Below the pieces are notes generated by a model. It worked only from the letters and a program-made list of their open reading frames with translations. It was not told where the DNA came from and ran no database searches. A program made the position numbers and the translations under genes. 64,000 nt of DNA. Origin: Leucoraja erinacea (taxonomy: Eukaryota). Positions 57,301-64,000 of the stretch are shown piece by piece (within the stretch, counting starts at the first letter, position 1; each line of letters begins with the position of its first letter). The DNA is taken from NCBI RefSeq assembly GCF_028641065.1, contig NC_073415.1, positions 5,146,001 through 5,210,000 of the forward strand, read 5' to 3'.

Positions 57301-58250
57301 AACAAACTGCATGGAGTATTAAAATATTTTTTAGTGTTTGCATTAAATATTATTGTCAATCTTACTATACCTCGTGATCATTTTTTAAATTTGGCCTTTG
57401 GAGCTGTCTTCTATCTGGCATTATTTTTGAGGAAATAAATCGGAGATAAATAGAAAGACTTTATATTATCGTTGATAAATTATATGCAGGTCAAGTGACC
57501 ATGAAAGCCCTAGGAGAAATCTAAATTACAGCATGTAACAAAAATTGTGGTACTACATAATTTTTTTTGAATACATTTAAATTACAGCAATTAAAAGTAC
57601 AGCTGGCTTTTAATCTGTCTTTTGTCAACAAACCCAATACTAGTCAAAGTTCTTTCTTGCTGAATTAGGCAATTAAAGCAATTAAAGTCTGCTGTGTATC
57701 ACTCGCCTTGAATAAGTGATAAGAGTGATCTAGATTTACTAATGCTTTAGAGTTTAATGGTGAATTATCAAACCCGTGTTTAAAATAAGTAGTTAGATAA
57801 ACCAGCAGTGCAAAGTGATGAGGATGTCAATATAATTAAGGACCTTTAACACCCCAGTCATTCCCTTCTGTCAGGCAGAAGATGCAAAATTTGAAAGTGT
57901 ACCACCAATTTCAGGAACAGTCTTCCTTCTTATGAGACCACTGATCCTCTCATAAGATAAGGGTGCATTTCCAATCTAACAAACCTACCTCACTATGGCA
58001 CTTGTACATTTTTTAAAATCTGAACTTTTGTCTAACTGTAACACTATAATACTTGCATTATAGTCTGCCTTCTATAATTTTTTTCTTTCCACTGCCTGTT
58101 ATGCTTGTGAATGGCATAATTTTACTGATGCATTACATGATTTGACTGGATAGTACGCAAACAGTTTTTCTTTTTCTCTGTACACAAAGATAATAAACCA
58201 ATATTAGTATCATTATTACCATTGTTCTACCTCAACGTTTTTATTATACG

Positions 58251-59210
58251 CTAGACCAACTGGGACCCGTTGGGTCCCTGTCACACGGGAGGAGGCCTGG
58301 TCCCCCAACGCAACCTGTTCCCCAATGCAATATTGCACTACTAACCCGTAGCCCCCACGGGAGGCGTGGTCCCCACCCCTCCAACCCGTTGCCGAACGTA
58401 AGATTCCCACCCTCCATAACCCCTCTCCCCTCCCTACCCTCCTGACCCGTTGGGCTCCATTTCCCCAACGCAATATTCCACCACTCACCTGTTTCCACCA
58501 CTCACCTTTTTCCCCCAATGCAATCAATCCTCCCCACCTGAGGGGGTGGGGGGGCAGTCGACGCTTGTCGAGGCTCCATTGGGTCAATCAATCCTTCCCA
58601 CATGGGGGGGGGGAGCAAAAATCTCACTCTCTCCTTACTCCCCTTGAAGCTGCTGACCCCATTGTTTCTCGTGTCACCTCTCCCTCGCACTCCTTTTCTC
58701 TAAACTCAGTCACTCCCTCGGTCAGCTCTCCCCTTTCGCACTCCCCCATTAAAGACAATGTTTAAATGACATTTGTTCTCCTCCCATCCCCGACTCCATC
58801 AACTCTCATAACTTCTGTATTGGCAGCGGAAATCACATTGTGATGTCATTTTTGGTTTTCGGAATCTTCACGGCAGCTTGTGTAAATGAGCTCCCATTGT
58901 GATTGGCGAACTGTGAGATACCATTGTGACATCATCACTGGAAGCTGCTAGAAAAGTCTCCCACTCACAGGCAGTTATTATATTCAAAGTTGGCTTTTTA
59001 AAAACTTTAACTATCAATAACGTGAAAAATATCAAATGTGAAGAAACTTGATACAAACGACCACGGGGAAAATTTGAGAAGATTCTGCAAAAATGTTCGC
59101 GCTATTGTGTTCCGTTTTGGCGTAGTTCCTCGATCTCACAGACAGACAGATAAAACAAGACAAGACTTTTAATAGTATACTAGACCAAGTGCAGACCCGT
59201 TGGGTCTATT
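58251..59210 (-). mobile_element. Non-autonomous Helitron-like element with a second 3' terminus abutting its 5' end
   Basis: Minus strand ends GGGACCC-aac-GGGTCCC hairpin, 7 nt, CTAG (58251-58254); starts TATACTATTAAAAG directly after another hairpin plus CTAG (59180-59207). Confidence 0.6.
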
Positions 59211-59384
59211 CCCAATTTGTCAGTGAACAAGTGCAGACGAAATGTATAATTTCAATCAAATCAGCTGAGTACATGGTCCAATTTTGTTTTGTTAAGGTTA
59301 GGAAAATTTGAAGATAGTTGCAAAATGCTGGAGTAACTCGGTGGGACAGGCAGCATCCCTGGAGAGAAGGAATGGGCGACATTT

Positions 59385-60133
59385 CATAGAAACATAGAAA
59401 TCAGGTGCAGGAGTAGGCCATTCGGCCCTTCGAGCCTGCACCGCCATTCAATATGATCATGGCTGATCATCCAACTCAGTATCCCGTACCTGCCTTATCT
59501 CCATACCCCCTGATCCCCTTAGCCACAAGGGCCACATCTAACTCCCTCTTAAATATAGCCAATGAACTGGCCTCAACTACCCTCTGTGGCAGAGAGTTCC
59601 AGAGATTCACCACTCTCTGTGTGAAAATGTTTTTTCTCATCTCAGTTTTAAAGGATTTCCCCCTTATCCTTAAGCTGTGACCCCTTGTCCTGGACTTCCC
59701 TAACATCGGGAACAATCTTCCTGCATCTAGCCTGTCCAACCCCTTAAGAATTTTGTAAGTTTCTATAAGATCCCCTCTCAATCTCCTAAATTCTAGAGAG
59801 TATAAACCAAGTCTATCCAGTCTTTCTTCATAAGACAGTCCTGACATCCCAGGAATCAGTCTGGTGAACCGTCTCTGCACTCCCTCTATGGCAATAATGT
59901 CCTTCCTCAGATTTGGAGACCAAAACTGTACGCAATACTCCAGGTGTGGTCTCACCAAGACCCTGTACAACTGCAGTAGAACCTCCCTGCTCCTATACTC
60001 AAATCCTTTTGCAATGAAAGCGAACATACCATTCGCTTTCTTTACTGCCTGCTGCACCTGCATGCCTACCTTCAATGACTGGTGTACCATGACACCCAGG
60101 TCTCGCTGCATCTCCCCCTTTCCCAATCGGCCA
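59385..60133 (-). mobile_element. Young CR1 LINE, longest copy of the young family here
   Basis: Open ORF QRDLGVMVHQSLK..KKANGM..LEYCVQFWSP; (ACATAGAA)n tail. Confidence 0.92.
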
Positions 60134-60580
60134 CCCTTCTTCAGACTGATGTCAGGGGAGTTGGCGGGACAAAGAAAGCATGTAGTCAGAGACAGTAAGA
60201 CTGGCGGGAGAATTGGGAAGGAGGAGGGGATAGAGAGGGAAAGCAAGGGCTATTTGAAGTAAGAGAAGTCAATGTTCATACCGCTGGGGTGTAAACTACC
60301 CAAGCGAAATATGAGGTGCTTTTCCTCCAATTTGCCCTGGGCCTAACTCTGACAATGGAGGACCAGGACAGAAGGTCAGATTGGGAATGGGAGGGTGAGT
60401 CGAATTGCTGAGCAACCGGGAAATCAGGTAAGTTAAGACAGACTAAGCGGAGCGGTTCAGCGAAACGATCGCAGAGCGGGCTCTTAATCTCGCAAATATA
60501 GAGAGGTTGACACCTGGAACAACGGGTATAGTAGATGGGGTTGGAGGAAGTGCAAGTGAACCTCTGCCTCACCTGGGCAG
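60133..60580 (-). mobile_element. Penelope-like element remnant (GIY-YIG endonuclease end)
   Basis: QVRQRFTCTSSNPIYYTRCSRCQPLYICEIK..DRFAEPLR; homologous to 41810-42390; its 3' repeat is split by the CR1. Confidence 0.8.
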
Positions 60581-63004
60581 ACTGTTTGTGGGCTCGCAAG
60601 TGAAGTGTGCGCCCCAGGGAGGCGCCCACAGACTGAGTGGAGTGTTAGTGATGCTTACTCCGCTCCTTCAGCTTTATATTCTCCTCGCTAGGCGAGTCGG
60701 GTGCCGCCTGTAACTGACAGCACACCCGGCCAATCAATGCGGCGATGGAGCAGGAAGAGGCGTTGCCGTCCCTGACAGGAGAGGAGACCAATCTACGTTG
60801 CGGCGAATGACAGGAGAGGGGACCAATCTGCGTATGCATGGATTTTAAAATCTTAACTTTTAAAATAAACATAGATCGTAACAAAACTTGCTGTCTGTGT
60901 AGCACAGGAGAATGGTGAGTAAGTTGGCGAAAATTGTAGCGCTATCGTGTACCGTTTTTGCGAAAATAGAAAAAACTGCAAAACTGGAAGAGCACAAGAT
61001 CAGAGTTTTAGAATTTGCATAGATTTGGATGTGTGCTTGAAGAACCTGACTGCTTGTCTTGGACATGCTGGAAGATGGATTTTGACTGAGTAGTTTTTTA
61101 ATTGGCACAGGTGGGATGAATGAAATATTTTCCTTTTCTATTTTGTAAAGTCTTATTCTCATCTATGAAATTAAAACCTAAGTTTGCAATTCACTAAGTA
61201 GCTTAGTTTTTACATTTGGCAGATGGGAATGTCTACAGATAATGATTTGGGTCAAAGTTGAAGTGCGTGCACAAGAGCCTGAATGACCTTTCGCAATTAA
61301 ACCTAAGTGTGTGGTGTGGTGAGGCGGACACTGATAGTGATCTGACTGCATTATGTTTGGAGTTTTAAAATAGTGGCATGCATTCTCTACTCTTGTGACA
61401 TCTGTTCTGAGCAGCAACCCACACAAAGCTAACTGAGAACTCTCCATCTTGCAAATCCATATATAGATGGATCAAAAAGAACCCCTTTTCAAAAGATATT
61501 GCCACTTTATTTCCTCTTTGGTTTTATTATAACATTTTTTTAACACAATCTTGTTGGTTATGTTGAACTGTATGTAGCACGTTCTTCTCAGTCCTCTTGT
61601 CTCAATTTCTAGGAGTACATTGTTCTCACCCCATGTGCTCCTACTTAATAACTTTCTCAAAATCTAAATTAGAATTAAAGAAGTAGATGGACAGCTGATT
61701 AAAAGTCCTTTTATTTAAATTTTAAATGCATTGGCTGGTACATGTTTAAAATTAATTTGGAAATTAGATTTTTTTTAAATCACATTGCAGTGAATATATA
61801 TACTTTAAATAATTTGAAAAAGCTGGAAATGACTTCATAGTTTTGAATTTCCTTAATCTGATCATTTTACTTTGCAGTAACATGCAGTTCTGAAAATATC
61901 TCTCCCTAACTCACTGGGTTAAAGTATTAGATCAATGAGTGAATGCTTAACTTCCATTGTGTATAATTCTTACCTTAAAAAAAAAACTACCAAGGTTTAC
62001 AAAAATGTTGCCAAATTAGTGAATGATCATGTCCATTGGTTGTTTCATTCACTAATGAGGTGTTGTTACCGAAAATAGGCCATCTGGTTCTAAATTTATG
62101 CTGTTTTTTTCTTTTTGTGACAATATTCGGACACCTGTCATTGCCATTCTTTTCCCTTCACTTTCCCCTTCAAGATTCCTTACGAAGTGGACCATATGAG
62201 ATCGCTATGTCTAGCAGACCATTTTGTTTTGAGGATCTTTGCCTTTCATAATCTCTACACATGCAATTAATAGGAATATGTTTATTTATAGTTATCAATA
62301 TCTATCTAGATTTAAAGGAGATAGATCGATTATTTATTTCCATTCCCATCACTTCCATATTCTAATGGATTTGATGCCAATACTAAAGTAATAATCTGAA
62401 ATGAGCGTTTTCCAAGACATTCTTTTTGATCAAGCTTTGCATCTGTCCAGAAGATTTCATGTGGTAGATTAGTGCAAATGTTTTTGTTGATTGATATTTG
62501 GGAAAAGATGTTTCTCCCATGCATAGTGCAGTAAATATAGGGTTTTTAAATCATTAAACAATAACATTATCAGATTGCTTTAATGATTTATATCTGGAAC
62601 ACACTGGATAACTTTCAAATTTATAGTTTAAACTAATACTCTTTTTCATTATTCTTTTAACTATCTCAGATATTACAAGATAATTAGTAGTATGAATTAA
62701 TTTTGTTTCATTGGAATGATAAATTTTGCATTTCTTCCCTTCATCCCTGATGGAATTGTTTGTTGTAAGGATTTTTGCCATGTGGATTTGCCATTAAAGC
62801 TTAACTGGTCCATATATTTACATGACTGTTTACTTTTCTATGTATCAGCATTTATTGCATCATGCATTGCTGTTGCCAATCAGCTACTAGGATCTATTTA
62901 AATTTATTGTTGGGTTTCTTCTTTTGTTAGTTGCTCACAGTGTATCTCTGGCATTATGTTATGCTTAGCAAAAATGAAATTTCTCCCTGTATTACTGAAC
63001 TGGT

Positions 63005-63880
63005 TTAATAATAATAATAAATACTTTATTGATCCCCTCAGGGGAAATTCAGATGTCCAGAAGCCCCCAACCAACAAACCCACAGATTCAAAACGAACGC
63101 AGACAGAAAATACATAGAATACACTGTGGACACTACCTGAGAGCAATAAATACTTAAAAAGACCAATAATTAACAATTAAAAATGCATCCCCCTACAGCC
63201 TAGCGGTCCGAATTATAAAATCTAATGGCTGCAGGGGTGAAGGATCTCCTGAACCGCTCCGTTCTACAGGGCAGGGAGAGGAGCCGGTTGTTGTTCAGAG
63301 TGCTCTTTTGACTCTCCAGAATTACATGGAGGGGATGCCCGGGGTTTTTCAGGATGACCTGCACCTTGTGCCTCATAAGCCTCTCAAGCACATCCATCCC
63401 AGAGTCTACTCTCCCCTCCAGCACTGAGCTAGCTCGTTTAACCAGTTTGACCAGCTTCTTGTTGTTTTTTTTCACTAATGCTGTTGCCCCAGCAGACAAC
63501 AGCGTAGAAAATAACACTTGCAACCACAGTGTTGTAAAACATGTGCAGCATATCACTACACACATTGAAGGATTTGAGCCTTCTGAGGAAAAAGAGTCTG
63601 CTCTGGCCTTTTTTGTAGAGGGAGTCAGAGTTGACAGATCAGTCCAGTTTGTTATCAAGGTGCACTCCAAGGTATTTATATGTCTGCACCACCTCAATGT
63701 CAGCCCCAGCAGCGTTGACTGGCTGAAGGGGGAGCTTGGACCTGCCAAAGTTAACCACCATCTCTTTAGTCTTAGTTGTGTTCAGGATGAGACGGTTCTC
63801 TTCACTCCAGGCACAAAAGGAACTGGTCAAGTTCCTGTATTCCTCCTCCTGCCCGTTCCTTACACATGCCACAATCGCTG
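63005..63880 (-). mobile_element. Rex1/Babar-type LINE 3' portion
   Basis: LNTTKTKEMVVNF, YKYLGVHLDNKLD, RTERFRRSFTPAAIRFYN; (TTA)n tail. Confidence 0.85.
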
Positions 63881-63882
63881 TA

Positions 63883-64000
63883 TAGAAACAGACATAGAAA
63901 CATAGAAATTAGGTGCAGGAGTAGGCCATTCGGCCCTTCGAGCCTGCACCGCCATTCAATATGATCATGGCTGATCATCCAACTCAGTATCCCGTACCTG
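63883..64000 (-). mobile_element. Young CR1 3' end running off the window
   Basis: (ACATAGAA)n tail and near identity to 59385-59490. Confidence 0.85.

Overview
Vertebrate genomic DNA, very probably a cartilaginous fish (skate/ray-like, inferred from its V-SINE, CR1 and Penelope repeat set); nothing here is prokaryotic. On the + strand are the last three coding exons of an AKAP8L-like gene (ending at 3357) and a complete 13-coding-exon AKAP8/AKAP95-like gene (7688-27018, 654 aa, every junction in frame). A convergent two-coding-exon LRRC8 (VRAC) family gene lies on the - strand (35370-30256, 816 aa, C/E-type intron but divergent). A TATA/YY1/NF-Y/E-box CpG-island promoter and first exon (about 43400-44400) start an unidentified gene whose first intron appears to fill the rest of the window. 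The non-coding DNA is rich in CR1, Tx1, Rex1/Babar and RTE LINE fragments, V-SINEs, MITEs, a Helitron-like element and a very abundant Penelope-derived repeat. The most interesting observations are: minimal hammerhead-ribozyme motifs in that repeat; young CR1 copies repeatedly inserted into it; a divergent LRRC8 paralogue next to AKAP8; a copy of the AKAP8 3'UTR inside its own last intron; no PKA-RII anchoring helix in either AKAP8 paralogue; and a loop-less 62-bp palindrome. All calls were read by eye, and comparisons with human genes are from memory and need database confirmation.
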